Shown: positions 48,086 through 61,458 of the stretch, one piece after another
Layout of the letters: every line of letters starts with the position of its first letter
Position numbering within the stretch: the stretch's first letter is position 1
DNA from: Eledone cirrhosa
Lineage: Eukaryota
Direction of reading: 5' to 3'
Length of the DNA stretch: 64,000 nucleotides
Assembly: GCA_964016885.1 (NCBI GenBank)
Contig: OZ024742.1
Location: 307,644,001-307,708,000, forward strand
Position numbers and translations under genes: made by a program
Notes under the pieces: model-generated
The model's database searches: none
Seen by the model: the letters and a program-made list of their open reading frames with translations, nothing else
What the model was told of the DNA's origin: nothing

Positions 48086-48678
48086 ACTATTCTCATCTAA
48101 GTATCCAGGTAAAGCGTGGATTCTGGAAACTTATTAAAAAATAATTCAGTGGATAGAAAATAGCAAAGCGTGGACTGAATTCCTAGCCATTGAGAAAATC
48201 ACCGCCTCTGCGTCGGTGGCAAATTCGAAAAGAATCAATCACGTGACATCGAGATCAATCAGTGGAAAGTGGTTTGCTAATAAGACAGCGGCCTGCCTGC
48301 TACCATAGCAGCAGTCATGGCCAATATTGCTCGACAAATAATTTGGAGATAATTATAAAGAATTTAAATCTAGTAACATATATATACATACAGATGCATA
48401 TCAATGCTAGAAAATATATAGGTTTTGTCTTAGTAACTTATATATATATATATATATATATATATTTCGTTTCTGAATTTGTTTAGCAAGATTCTTTATC
48501 TGAAATCGTGTGTTGAAACCGATATTGTTATACTTTGGGAGGGTCATGTTGCCAATAAGAAACATACGCTTTCACTTCAATTTATTATATATTTATAAAT
48601 TTATAAATTTACAAATCTACAAATTTATAAATTTCTGGTTGGTTGGTTGGTTCCACAACCAGATAGTTGTTTATATAT

Positions 48679-48723
48679 AGTCATAGTCCTTTCGTCACAC
48701 ACTCTGTGACCTCTTCAGTGACT
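48679..48723 (-). ncRNA. Minimal hammerhead in the PLE 3' pLTR
   Basis: AGUCA-CUGAAGA-G-GUCACA(GAGUG)UGUGAC-GAAAG-GA-CUA-UGACU. Confidence 0.65.
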
Positions 48724-48927
48724 GGGGATTCCTTTCTTTGTCTCTGTGCCTTTCCTTTCTTCTGTCCTACGCCATTTTGTTTCTGTGTGTGTGTTGTGTG
48801 CTCAGTTTGCGCATGCGCCACATCCGGGTGTCTGTGTGTGTTTGTGTTCATTTATCTATTTGTTTATTTATTTACATGTTATTGGTTGATTGTTTGTTCT
48901 ATGTGTGTGTGTGTTTTCATTTTGTCC

Positions 48928-51900
48928 TTAATTGTAAGTTGTGATGTTGCTGTTCCACTCATATTTTCTATTTAATTTTGGTTGTAATTCTTTTATGTTT
49001 ATTGCCTCTGTAATTTGTCTAAACATTGCATCTTTTCTGTGTGTAGATTCTATTTTTATTTCTATGTTCTCTAATTTAGCCTTGTGTTCTATCTTAGCAT
49101 GTTGGTAGAGTACAGATGATTCTTTATTATCTTGAAGGTCTCGCCAGTGTTCATTTATCCGTTCCCCTATACTACGAGCTGTCTCACCTATGTACACTAT
49201 ATTTTTGTTTCTACATTGTCCTTCAGTACATCTTATGCTATACACTACATTTCTAGTTTTACAGTTAATATGGGGGCTTATTTTACAGATTATACATTTC
49301 TTATCTATACATGAGGGTCTTTGGAACGGGTATGTCTTGCTAATAAGTGTTTTTACGGAGGTACCTGGTCTTTCTACTATCTTAATATTGAGTTTATGTT
49401 TATTTAGGGCCCTTCTAAATTTGTAGGCTAGTTCGCCTCTAGGGGTTGTATCGATGAACATTACACTCTGGTATTTATTGCTATCATACCATGAGTTTAT
49501 TCTATTGGCCTTGTTCCTAGTTCTTTCTATTCTATTCCAAAATTTGCTCCTATACAAGGGGCAGGTCCCATTTATGTCATTATTTACCATTTTTTCCCAT
49601 TTGGTTCTGGCTCCTCTATACACTCTGATTCTATCTCTCTGATTGTAGCCAGAGAACTGCATACGGTGGATGAAGTGTTGTATGTGTCTCTCTAGTTCTT
49701 CGGGGTTGCACATGCGGGACACATTTCTCATCACCCGTACCAAATCCGCAATCAGTATGTTGATTTTAGTATGGTCCGAAATGGCCGAGTTTCGGTGGAT
49801 CAGATGTTTGGAAGTCATTGGTTTGGCATAATGGGAATGGAGGATTTGTTTTTGGTTGTTAATGGTATCTAACCAGAGCTCTGTGTCTAGTACAGGTAAT
49901 CGATGGTTGGGGTGTCTACTTGGGTAGTCTATAGTAACTCTAATGCTCTGGTGGATGGAGTTTGCTATTTGATGGATGCTTTCCATTGTGTTTTTCTCTA
50001 GTTCCTGACTGTTCTCTAGTGGGGGTGTCTTAACTACGATGTTTATATCATCTACGTAGCGGGAGTACATTATCAGGGTTAAGCTGTCTTCTAATTGTTC
50101 TTTAAGTTTAAGTTTAAGTCTGCTGTCCCACCATACCATGAATAAGTTAGCTATGTCGCCTGCAATGCTAACACCAATGGCTGCTCCTTCCTCTTGGGCA
50201 TATGTATTTCCATTAAATTTGAACATATGTTCCTTAAGGGTTAATTTTATGCTGGCCCCTACCGCATGTGCAATCATTTTCTTCAGTTCATCGTGGTTTT
50301 CGGGTGTCCGTATGGCTCTGGTCCACCCGTTCCATCTATCTGTGTGGGTTTTCTTGGCCATTGAGGTAATGGTAGGTGGTCTGCCTCTTGCTGGTCTTGT
50401 AGGGCACAGGTTGCTAAGGTCATATGTGTCTAGGTAACTATTACTATGGGTAAGCTTAAGTAGAAGTCCCAGCTCACTGGAATCAATCCCACGGAACTCA
50501 ACCTTGCTCTCGCTGATCATTTCTATGCATTTCTCCACAGCAAAATCCACGTCAATAGATGGATACAGGGACACAACCTCCATACTGCCTATTATGCAGT
50601 TTGTTAGGTCCCCAGATCGGTTACTCACGCCGATTCTGCTGAGGAGATCCTCCGTGCTGTCACATACATCTGGGGACATCTCAATGATGGGGCGTATGAT
50701 CAGGGAGAGGAAGTAGGACAGTCTGTAGTTACTAGCAATGTTAGCTCCACAGACTGGCCGTGTTGGTGGTCCCGCGACAGGGTCACAGCCCGTTTTATGG
50801 TCTTTTCGAAGCCCATACAACGCCGGCACGTCATTGTTCCAGGCCTGGAAGTTGTTGGCAGTCCTTTTGTTGGGCTGCATTATATTCGTCCACATCACCA
50901 TATGGGCATTGAGGGCTTTTTCTCTATCCTCATGCTCCTGTGGTGTTACCTCTCTTGTGTTAGTGATGTGGGGTTGCATTGCCTGCATGTAGTTTGGCAG
51001 GTTGTCAACCGACATTCTGCCAGACTTGTCTGTTGGAAAGCATGCTATCTCTCCATTACGTGAGCGCCGCATGAGCTTACGCAAGCCATTTGCAGATTTT
51101 TCTCCCAGTTGCTGGGCCTCTATTCTATTATGCTTCTTGCTATACTGTTCTATAATATTTCTAAGTTCGGATCTAGCTATACTAAATTGTGCTTCTGTTT
51201 GTTCATCGACCTACGACGGCAACTGCGTGCGTTTGTTAAATGGTAAAGTCGTGGCGTGGACTCGTCGCAGGTCGAATGATTTATCGGAGGGATTATAAAA
51301 CGGAGAGTTCCAGGCTGCTGCTTTATGTGTACTAGTGCTATTGTTATTGTTAGTTGTGTTGTTTCTATTTCTATTTCCACCAACAGCCTCATGGTTGTTT
51401 CTATGTCTCTCATAATTACTCCTGTCTCTTTCCACTGGCTCAATGTTGTTATCTACCCTATTTTGTGTGTCTGTGTGTTCGTCTTGGTTATTCTCTTTGT
51501 CCTTAGTCTCCCTTCTCCTTTTAATCCTATTACTTTCCCTTATTTCTGTGATTTCTGTGCTACTGTCATTACTTGTTTTCTGTGTCTGTGTGTTTGTTAA
51601 GATTGAGGTGGTGGTGAGAGGCATTGAATGCGTGTGTGTTGTTGTTGTTGATGTGTGCTGTTGTTGATGTGTGTTGTTGTTGTCTCCGTGTGTGTTATCG
51701 TTGTTGTGTGTGTTGTTATTTTTGTTTGTGTCTGCGTGTCTGTTGTTGTTGTTTCTGGGTATGTTGTTATTGTTGTTGTTGTTGATGTGTGTGTTGTTGT
51801 TATTGTTGTTTGTGTCTGTGTGTCTGCTGTTGTTGGGATGTGTGTTGTATATGTGTGTGCGTATATTGTTGCTTCTGTTTTTGATGCTCCAGCGTAGTTT

Positions 51901-52645
51901 TGTAAATGATTTTTCTATTTCTGACAGACAACTAATCATATTTAACTTCTTGAATGTCGCAAATTTCGGCGGCAAACATAACACAGACATTTCATCATTA
52001 TCTATTTTTGCGTTCCCATACATGTTGGTGTTTTTGTTGTTGAACTCTTCTGATAATGAGGTGTCGGCCATGTTGATACCGTCAATTTTGTCGGGATATC
52101 TATTGGTATACTCTATAGTATCCTGATTTAGCTTTGCCTGTTTAAGCCACTTTAGTTTCCTGTTAAAGTGCTTATCACATTATTGAGTAATATACTGATA
52201 TTCAGGGCGTATAAGGCTTATAAATATTAGTTTCTCTCTTGGTGTGGTGATCCTAACTATTTCTTGTATTAGGTTACGCTTTTGTTTTTCTTGATGACTT
52301 AATTCTCTATAGATCTTCTTTTTTATGTTTAGAATTAACGTTCGTTTTAGCCTATCTGCTTGTTTTTTGTTTTTTGGTGAGTTGTAATCTTCTAACGTCG
52401 GTATTGATGGTGTTGGTGAAGATTCTGGACGAGGCACACTGCTTTATGAAGGATAGTTGTCGAGATGTTATGGTTTTTCGTAGACAACAGAACATGGTGG
52501 TTTTCAATATCTTGTTAGCCTGGCTAAGGCTTACGATATTTCGTTTCTGAATTTGTTTAGCAAGATTCTTTATCTGAAATCGTGTGTTGAAACCGATATT
52601 GTTATACTTTGGGAGGGTCATGTTGCCAATAAGAAACACACGCAC
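48928..52645 (-). pseudogene. PLE polyprotein: frameshifted N-terminal part + open 718-aa RT/GIY-YIG segment (48928-51084)
   Basis: PTDKSG, LYGLRKDHK, PTRPVC, SLYPSID, YSRYVDD, LPVLD, C..C.IC linker, NVVY.I.C...YIGETARS...R..EH, EA..I...P.LN. RT motif A reads SMEV, possibly a D-to-E inactivation. Confidence 0.9.
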
Positions 52646-53221
52646 CAGTTGCTTTCACTTCAATTTATTATATATTTATAAATTTATAAATTTACAAATC
52701 TACAAATTTATAAATTTCTGGTTGGTTGGTTGGTTCCACAACCAGATAGTTGTTTATATATAGTCATAGTCCTTTCGTCACACACTCTGTGACCTCTTCT
52801 ACTGTTTTGTCTGTAAACAGAAAAAAAACATCGATCATCATTATACATTTCAGAGCTTATTTTTTCCTTACCAGAAGATTACTCACCATATGATTTTCCC
52901 TACAGATGGATCTATATGTATATGACATCTATATATGCAAATAGGTTGTAGAATATATTTCAAATAGTCAGTATGAATGGGGTACATTCATTTGAAAATG
53001 TAATTGATAAAATAATAAATATTTAATTTAAGCTAGACACCTGCTTAAATTCTAGAATGTATTGCGAATGTATTAAATTCTAGAATGTATTGCGAAATCT
53101 TTAGCCTCGTCTCTTCTAAGCTTAAACATACATAAGTATATGTCTACAAAGATTGGATATGTTCGAAATTTGGGCAGAGTTTCAATAAATTCTTCTATAT
53201 ATATTTTTCTTCAAAACATAT

Positions 53222-53255
<34 letters not shown>

Positions 53256-54120
53256 ACGTGTGTGTCTGTGTGCACATGGGTATGCCTGTTTGTGTGTGCG
53301 TATGCACGATTAAATATACCAATATATTTCCGTGCCTATATGGATTTACTGCTTGATCGTTATATACACTTCTGGAGTAACAAGCACGACGCTGCATTGC
53401 GCCCAAGCAACAGATAATTTTAAGCAAGGAAGTATTGTTTAAGCTACCAAACAAAATAGGAAAAAAAAAACAAAAAAAAACATGGAAAACTATAGCATTC
53501 GATCTATTTCATCCGCATATCGTTACTATATTTATAAGTGTGATGGAAAGAAAGCGCAAATTAAACAGTTCGGATGCCGAGAGAAATACACAAGAAGCTG
53601 ATGTATTATTATTCAAAAAATGATAAAGCAAGGAAATTGAAATAGAATCGAAAGAATCACTGCGTTTTTTTTTTTCAGACGAAACGTGTCAGTTGGTGAA
53701 GAGATATTACTCAGAATGCTGAAATTACCACACTTGTGTCACACACATCTGTGTCCCTGTCAGCAAAACACTCCTGTTACGGCAAACACTACACTCCATT
53801 TTACAGCCAACACTGTAACGGCAAACATCACAACAGTGTTCTTGAAAACACCCCACTGGCGCTCCTGACAGCACTACATATTTTTCATAAAATAGATGAA
53901 TATCTTATATACAGTATAGAAGATAATATATCTGACATAAAGATCAAATCCGATTGTAAACTGAAATAATTCTTTCTCTAGTTGACATAAAGCAAATTGA
54001 TAGAAGGAGGAAGTCGATTATATCGAACTCATTAATTTACTGGTATTTTATTTAATCGATATTTTGTTCGACTTTCTAACAATTCTACCAATCCACTACA
54101 CTAAACTGAAGAATGTAACA

Positions 54121-54312
54121 ATTGTTTCTTCTTTTGGCAGAAGGCCAGCAATTATCCGAGTGCATTACTGGTACTTTATTTTATCGACCCCCGTATGAAT
54201 GAAAGGCAAAGTTAACCTTGGCGGGATTTGAAATCAGACCGTAAAGGGGCGTAACTCTATTCTGAAAAGCATGGCAGCCGACCTCCTATCGATACTGCCA
54301 ATCCACCTCCCT
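54121..54312 (-). mobile_element. tRNA-derived SINE
   Basis: Same A/B boxes and core as the other copies. Confidence 0.88.
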
Positions 54313-54907
54313 ACTGAAGGATGAAATAATAATAATGATTTCTACTACAGGCACAAGGAACCCCACCAATCCTGAACCACTATAAGAGCGCCTTCTCTCT
54401 AAATCATACATATATATACAGTATATACTTTTGTGTCAGAGAGACAGAGAGTCGCAGATATCGCTGTGTGCTTATGGAGTTCTCTTCGCAAACACGTGGC
54501 ACTGAGTTCAACCCCATTAGTGACATCATAGGCCTGGATTATTATCAGTAAAACACCTTTTATGCTGTGTAACTTCATACGAAACTGGCTGCACCTACAC
54601 AAGTGGGAGATATCACCACAGTAACAGAATATAGTCCATTTTCCAGTTTCTTCTCTTTTCCCCCTATCAAATATGCACTAGAGCAAATGGAGGAGTTTCT
54701 TTGTGGTCTCACCTGCTACTAGAAGCAGCAGCCAAATCGTCCAGATATTCAATCATGGTAAACATGGGATATGAACATTACATCATATGGGATGGCAATG
54801 GCTATGAGGATTTTGATCATATATTGTAATCGATCAATGTGACATGAAATACAATAAATCTGTAAGAATTGACCTGAATGCACTTATTTACACAAAATAT
54901 ACCAATA

Positions 54908-55090
54908 ATTGTTTCTACTTTTGGCACAAGGCCAGCAATTACCCAGTGCATTACTGGTACTTTATTTTATCGACCCCGTAAGGATGAAAGGCAAAGTTAA
55001 CCTCGGCGGGATTTGAACTCAGAATGGCAAGGGCCGTAACTATATGCGTCAAAGCATGGTGTTCGACCTTCTGCCGATACTGCCAATCCA
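54908..55090 (-). mobile_element. tRNA-derived SINE with TSD AAATATACCAATAAT
   Basis: Core match plus flanking direct repeat. Confidence 0.9.
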
Positions 55091-55276
55091 ACAAATATAC
55101 CAATAATGAATAATAGAAAACTTAAGTATTGTTGTCTAAGAGGATGTCTCTTCGCTTTACACTTGTTCACTATTGTTCGGTATTATATTTTCCCCTAATA
55201 CCATTTCCCTCGATTATTGCTGACATTACACATCTAGATTTTCGGATTCTTCCTGTTTCGGAGAATTTAATTATCA

Positions 55277-55476
55277 CTAGACCACCCGTGACCCGTTGGG
55301 TCACGTTCACTTCAAAGTATATTTTTAAAAATCATGTTCACTTAAAAATAATTTTTAAATAATTAAAATATACACAGACATGTATATAATATGAAATGAA
55401 ACTGGAAGACCCATATATATACGTGTGTGTATGTATATATATAAATGTGTGCGTGTATATATATATATACCTTCAT

Positions 55477-55538
<62 letters not shown>

Positions 55539-55759
55539 TGGTTGTGAGAGATACAAAGAGAGAAGGAGAGGAGACAGAGAAGGAGAAGGGAAGAGAGAGC
55601 TTGTGGTGTTGTGTGTATATATGTGTGTGTATATAAACTGGGCATAGACACGCGCACACATATGCACACACATATATACACACAACACCACCAGCTCTCT
55701 CTCTCTCTTCCATTGTCCTTCTCTGTCTCCTCTCCCTCTCTCGTTGTATCTCTCACAAC

Positions 55760-55798
<39 letters not shown>

Positions 55799-55994
55799 AA
55801 TGAAAGTACCCAGAAAACCCCCATATCTCGGGAACCCGTGCTCCGATTTACACGAAACTTCTTTATTCCATTTGTATTCCCATTTCAGGGTTTACTTCCT
55901 TTCAAAGTATTTTCCAATTATGCGCCCTTTTGGCTGTATTACATTACAGACAAGCAAGCAAGCAGGCAATCACAGAGTTTTAGTAGTATATAGA
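55277..55994 (-). mobile_element. Non-autonomous Helitron
   Basis: Minus strand begins A|TCTATATACTACTAAAACTC followed by (GCTT)n, and ends with hairpin CGTGACCC-AAC-GGGTCACG then CTAG|T. Inserted at AT with no TSD. Confidence 0.85.
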
Positions 55995-56483
55995 TTAACG
56001 ACTCCACCATCAACTTAACTACAAAAAGAATCATTTCATTTATTTATTTTTTATTTTTGTACTGATTTAGTCATTAGATGACGCCCATGCTGGGACGTAG
56101 CTTTGATTTTAACTGATTACGTCAACTCCAGTACTTAGCTTTCGAGACTGGTGGTTATTTTATCGATCTATGTTTTGTTGAACAGGTAAATTACGTAACA
56201 TAAAAAAGCAAACGCTCACACACAAACACACAAGTGTGTCTGTGTGAGTGTATGTACGGCGGACATCTGCAGATTTCGTTTACCAAATCACACTTCCATC
56301 GTTATAGTAGAAGAATCTTGCCCAAGGTGCTACGCAAGAGAGTTGAACTCAGTGCCAAATTGTTGCGAAGCGAACTCCTTAACCACCCTTTCAAGAGGGT
56401 GCCTGTGTGTATAAATATATATATATATATATATATACAATAATATTAAATAAATGGAAACTATATTTATAAAACCATATTTA

Positions 56484-56705
56484 TTCTATTATATATATTT
56501 CAAGGATACCAAAACTTTGGTAAGCTCTCATCAGATAAAATACAAAGTTTGTTTTATAAATACTGACATAATCAAGAAAAAATACGTTAACGGTTCAAGT
56601 TTTTCCTGGAAGGTATTTTTTCTTGGTTATGTCAATATTTATAAAATAAACTTTGTATTTTATCTGATGAGGGCGTACCAAAGTTTGGGTACCCTTGAAA
56701 TTAAT
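56484..56705. mobile_element. Inverted-repeat micro-element with a hammerhead core in each arm
   Basis: Arms ~56497-56586 / 56611-56701. Minus: AUUUUAU-CUGAUGA...GAAA-UAUAUAUA-AUAGAAU. Plus: CTGATGAGGGCGTACC...GGTACCCTTGAAA. Confidence 0.72.
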
Positions 56706-56780
56706 TGAAAAACCTGTCGTGTGCTCTGAATCAGTTATAAACAATTATATTTGCTGAATTGAATATCCCTCTTGCGTATA

Positions 56781-56842
<62 letters not shown>

Positions 56843-56846
<4 letters not shown>

Positions 56847-57740
56847 CAAGTTTGAAGAATTATTAGGTAAAATATATCCAGTCCTTCCTAATCCTAGTCC
56901 GTAGAAATCAACCAGATAAATAATCATTTAAACGAGGCTATAAGTTTAAAATGTAACTATGAAGAAATAATAGACAAATAATACAGACTATTTTCAACGA
57001 GGAACAGTCAGATAAAATTTATCTAGTCATTTCTTTTAGCCCGTAGAAATTAACTAGACAAATAATCAATTAAACGGAGCTAAGTCTAAAAAATAAGTTA
57101 GAAGAAAAAATGCATATAAACTTCACCAAAATTCCTTTAGTCCCTACTGTCGATAGTTTCGCTCGCACTTTGTGGATATAACCGATCCTGGTATTATCCA
57201 TGAGGCATCAAGCTTATCAAGAGTTTGGACTAAAATTTCTACAATGATCATCGCCAGAATGAATTCAAATATGGCTAAGAATCCTCACGTGGCTAGTGGT
57301 CAAAGTAGAAGGTTGTGAATGGTGGCCAGACGACAGGTAGGCTGGCTGCTAGAGACCGCAGCCAGATACTGCCTAAAGTATTACCCTACCATACGGGAGT
57401 ATATATTAAATTCATAGGTATATATATATATATTTAGACATAGTCTGTATCATTTGTCTATTATTTCTTCATAGTTACATTTTAAAGTTATAGCCTTGTT
57501 TAAATGATTATTTATCTGGTGGATTTCTACGGAGTAGGGTTGAGGAACGACTGGATATATTTTATTTAATAATTCTTCAAACTTGAAATTTTATATATAG
57601 CTCTGATTAATAATTATTTGCTTAATTACATTTTTCATTGAGCCATACCGTGAAAGTTGGCCACACTCATATATGTATCTGTGACCATGTCTAAATATAT
57701 GTCTAAATATATACATATATCCCTATGAATTTAATATATA
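56843..57740. mobile_element. Inverted pLTR-like element with central hammerhead (57141-57223, minus strand)
   Basis: ~145 bp arms 56845-56990 / 57440-57588, and a second short IR 57400-57441 / 57700-57740. Core UUGAUAA-GCUUG...CGAGC-GAAAC...GUA. Confidence 0.7.
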
Positions 57741-57781
57741 TATATATATAAATATATATATACACACACACACTCACACAA

Positions 57782-57826
<45 letters not shown>

Positions 57827-57896
57827 ATCAAGGTTTAGCAAATAGAGAAAAAGTTTTAGAATACATTTTAAAAAGTTCGCTGTACTTACTATATGT

Positions 57897-57980
57897 ACCC
57901 TTACCGCGCGGTTTCAAATCCCAAAATAAATGGATAATCCAGGCGGACCACCATTGAGAAGGGGATTCTCGTCAGAAGGT
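57897..57980 (-). ncRNA. Type I hammerhead ribozyme
   Basis: ACCUU-CUGACGA-GAAUCCC...GGGAUUU-GAAAC-CGCGCG-GUA-AGGGU. Canonical core and palindromic stem III. Confidence 0.8.
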
Positions 57981-58320
57981 TCTTCTCGCTCGGAAAATAT
58001 ACAATTCCCGAGTTCAAATCACAAACTGGCGCCATACAAAACTGTTCCCAGAACCGTGGAAATAATTATGATGATTAAACGATATATGTAACCTCAGCAT
58101 CTTATTTTGTTATTTTTATAAAAATCTCCATCTTATATATATATATATATATTAGGTTATGCAAGAAATGGTTACGATTATCCTGAATGCAGTATGTTTA
58201 ATTACTACACTAGATAGAGTTGACGTACGGTGAAGGGTTACTCAACGAGTTATGGAAGAATAGCTGAAGAAATTCAGTTTCTGGTCCTTCTGCATTCTGG
58301 AGTGTAGATAAATAATAAAT

Positions 58321-58504
58321 AATTGTTTCTACTTTAGGCACAAGGCCAGCAATTACCCAGTGCATTACTGGTACTTTATTTTATCGACCCCCATAAGGAT
58401 GAAAGGCAAAGTCAACCTCGGCGGGATTTGAACTCAGATCGTAAAGGGACGTAACTATGCTGGAAAGCATGGCGTCCGACCCTCTACCGATACTGCCAAT
58501 CCAC
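58321..58504 (-). mobile_element. tRNA-derived SINE
   Basis: Full-length family match, flanked by ATAAATAATAA-type repeats. Confidence 0.9.
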
Positions 58505-58519
58505 ATAATAAATAATAAC

Positions 58520-58617
58520 AGGTAGACATCATAAAAAGGTAATTTATTCCGAGTGCTTACAAATGTTGAAACATTTGTAAGCACTCTGAATAAATTACCT
58601 TTTTATGATGTCTACCT
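58520..58617. repeat. Near-perfect palindrome centred on GAAAC-ATTT-GTA
   Basis: AGGTAGACATC...CTTACAAATGTT / AACATTTGTAAG...GATGTCTACCT. Confidence 0.88.
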
Positions 58618-58745
58618 CTTATTATTCATTCTTTATATATATATGTGTGGGTGAACATGTTCAGACCCCGACGGCAGAGATCAAGCTATTTCAACGGCTA
58701 TTTCTGGTGCGTTGTTGTCCACCTAGTTCCTTACCACACTTCCTT

Positions 58746-58779
<34 letters not shown>

Positions 58780-58881
58780 GTAAACAGAATAGAAAATGTT
58801 GACAAATTGTTCACAGTTGAAAAATGGTTTAATTAGGAATAAAAGAGTATTAGTAATTGTATGGGTTACTATTCAGTTGTG

Positions 58882-58930
<49 letters not shown>

Positions 58931-59304
58931 TTATATGTATTTCTGCGTGATTAAAAGATTTACTTATTCTGTTTTGTTAAAGAAATCGCTTACATGCTCT
59001 TCATCTTATTCTCATGCTTTAAGATTTCTTTTATATTTTCCTTCACGGATCTTTATTCATATTTGTTTCGTTCCAGCCGTATGTACCATATGGAAACATC
59101 CTATATATAGTGAATAAGGTGAATTAGGAGCAAACATTTATACTACAGCTCTCATTCCGTACAATATCAATATCTCGTACAGCTGTTCCAACAATTAACA
59201 CAATCACCGTTGATGTTTCTCTACTATACAGTCTGTAATGGATTTCTCTTGTCTTGAACATGGAAGACCAGCAGTAGCGTTTGTGTTTGATAATGGGCTA
59301 TGTA

Positions 59305-59810
59305 GGAGGAAGATGACGATGACGGCGACGAAGAAGAAGATGATGTCGACGATGAGTAAGGAGGAAGAAGAAGAAGAAGAAGAAGAAGAAGAAGAAGAAA
59401 GAGGAGGAGGGGAGGAGAAAAAGAAAGAAGAAGGGGGAGTAGGAAGAGGAAGAGAAGGAGGAGGATCAGAAAAGAAGAAGAACGAAGGAAAAGGAGGAGG
59501 AGGAGGTGGAGGAAGAGGGCGAGGAGGAGGAGGAGGAGAAGAAGAAGAAGAAGGTGACGGCCATGAGTAAGGAAGATGAAGGAGAAGAAGAAGAAGAAAG
59601 AGGAGGAGGGGGAGGAGAAAAAGAAAGAAAAAGGGGGAGTAGGAAGAGGAAGAGAAGGAGGAGGATCAGGAGAAGAAGAAAGAAGAAAAAGGAGGAGGAG
59701 GAGGTGGAGGAAGAGGGCGAGGAGGAGGAGGAGGAGGAGAAGAAGAAGAAGAAGAAGAAGAAGGTGACGATGACTACGAAGAAGAAGGTGTCGACGTGGA
59801 CGAGGAAAAT
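59305..59810 (+). repeat. Purine-rich (GAA/GGA) low-complexity tract with ~210 bp internal duplication
   Basis: ATGAGTAAGGA...GAAGGTGACG occurs twice. Confidence 0.85.
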
Positions 59811-60048
59811 AAAGAACAACGAAAATATAGAGAGAGTGTAAAAGACAAAATTTAGTATAGTTAGAAAAATGGATACTTAATGTATATTGTTAATATAGCA
59901 AACAGACGTATTATTAACCAAAATCTATTTTGGTTATTTGTTGAGTATTGTTATTAGCTTGCAGGATTGGCAATTATGATTTATGCACACACAAACACGG
60001 AGCCATGCCTTACTGTACCGATTGTGTTGCTATTTCTGTTTACCTTTT

Positions 60049-60079
<31 letters not shown>

Positions 60080-60083
60080 TATG

Positions 60084-60154
<71 letters not shown>

Positions 60155-61267
60155 TGTGTGTCTTGGGTTCAAACGGGAGTAACCACAGTAAGTATACATT
60201 TTTAATATAGAAATGGCTTCTACAGGACTAGAACTGTTTTATTCGAAGAAAATCCTGATGATTTCCTTCGAATGAAACAGTTCTAATCCTGTCCTGTAGA
60301 AGCCATTTCTATATTTTATATATATATATATATTTATGAAACCATGAAAATGACTATATTAATATATTTATGAAACCATGACAATGACTATATTAATTAT
60401 TATAATAGTTGTAATTATGTAAAATAACCCTATAGACGGGAAACGTGTGTGTTTTCATGTATATTTTCTGCAATTGTAGATCAATTGCGGCAATTGTGCT
60501 GGAATCAGTGAACTAAGCAGTAGTTATTAAAGCATCAAATATTCACGATAGATTCATGTTTTCTTATAGTAAGCAGTCTTGTTTGTGGGAGGCTCGCAAC
60601 CCCGAAGGAATCGTAATGTAGTTGCTATGAGTAACGTTTAACTTAAACATATTTAAACCTAGAGAAGCTTATCTCTCCCAGGGCTGATCACAGCTTATGT
60701 CTTCTGGCGAAAATGATAGGACTAACGAAAGGGAGACAAATAAATAGGGGAAAATTTTCTTCTGTAAAGAACTTGATTGCTACTTTATTTTTAGAACAGG
60801 CAGGATGAAAAGCTTAGTTAACTTCAATGATATTTGATCGAATGCTGCAAGACATGCTATTTGACGCTCCAACAATTTTGCCAATTCGACGCATTATAGT
60901 GTTTGATATATTTACTTCTGTCCACGAGAGAAATGATTTAAATAACGTTAAATAGTTCCAACCAGACAGCGATAGTAGATGCAGCTTGCATAAATGTGGT
61001 TTTATTCATTCATTTATTTAAGCGGAGAGAATATGTATGATGACTATGATATTTCAGGACATCTCGAACAGACGTCGTTGAGATGGTTTGTATTGAGAGG
61101 TGATGTCAGAGTAAAAATCGAACTGGTCGATGTTCAGTAGTGAAGATAATGTTAGTGTTCAATGATGATGTTTTGAGGTGAGGTCAAAGTTGAGTGATAT
61201 TAAAACCAGAGGTCAATTTAAAGAGTGATCGATTGGGTTCATATCTCGTGGCGATGACAGCATCAAT

Positions 61268-61458
61268 AATTGTTTCTACTATTGGCACAAGGCCAGAAAT
61301 TACCCAGTACATTACTGGTACTTTATTTTATCGATCCCGTAAGGATGAAAGGCAAAGTTAACCTCGGCGGGATTTGAACTCAGAATGGCAAGGGCCGTAA
61401 CTCTATGCGTCAAAGCATGGCGTCCGACCCTCTACCGATACTGCCAATCCACCGCCCT
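61268..61458 (-). mobile_element. tRNA-derived SINE with TSD GATGACAGCATCAATAAT
   Basis: Core match. TSD at ~61253-61270 and ~61472-61489, with an extra partial duplication at the 5' junction. Confidence 0.92.

Larger units (their letters stand above)
48464..52799 (-). mobile_element. Penelope-like element with direct pseudo-LTRs (partial tandem)
   Basis: Direct repeats 48464-48716 / 52537-52799 include the ORF start and flank the RT-GIY-YIG coding region. The downstream end abuts (TA)n. Confidence 0.92.

Noticed and set aside
59238-59841. E/K/R/G-rich ORFs
   Set aside because: Purine low-complexity repeat, open in several frames, with no domain or splice evidence.
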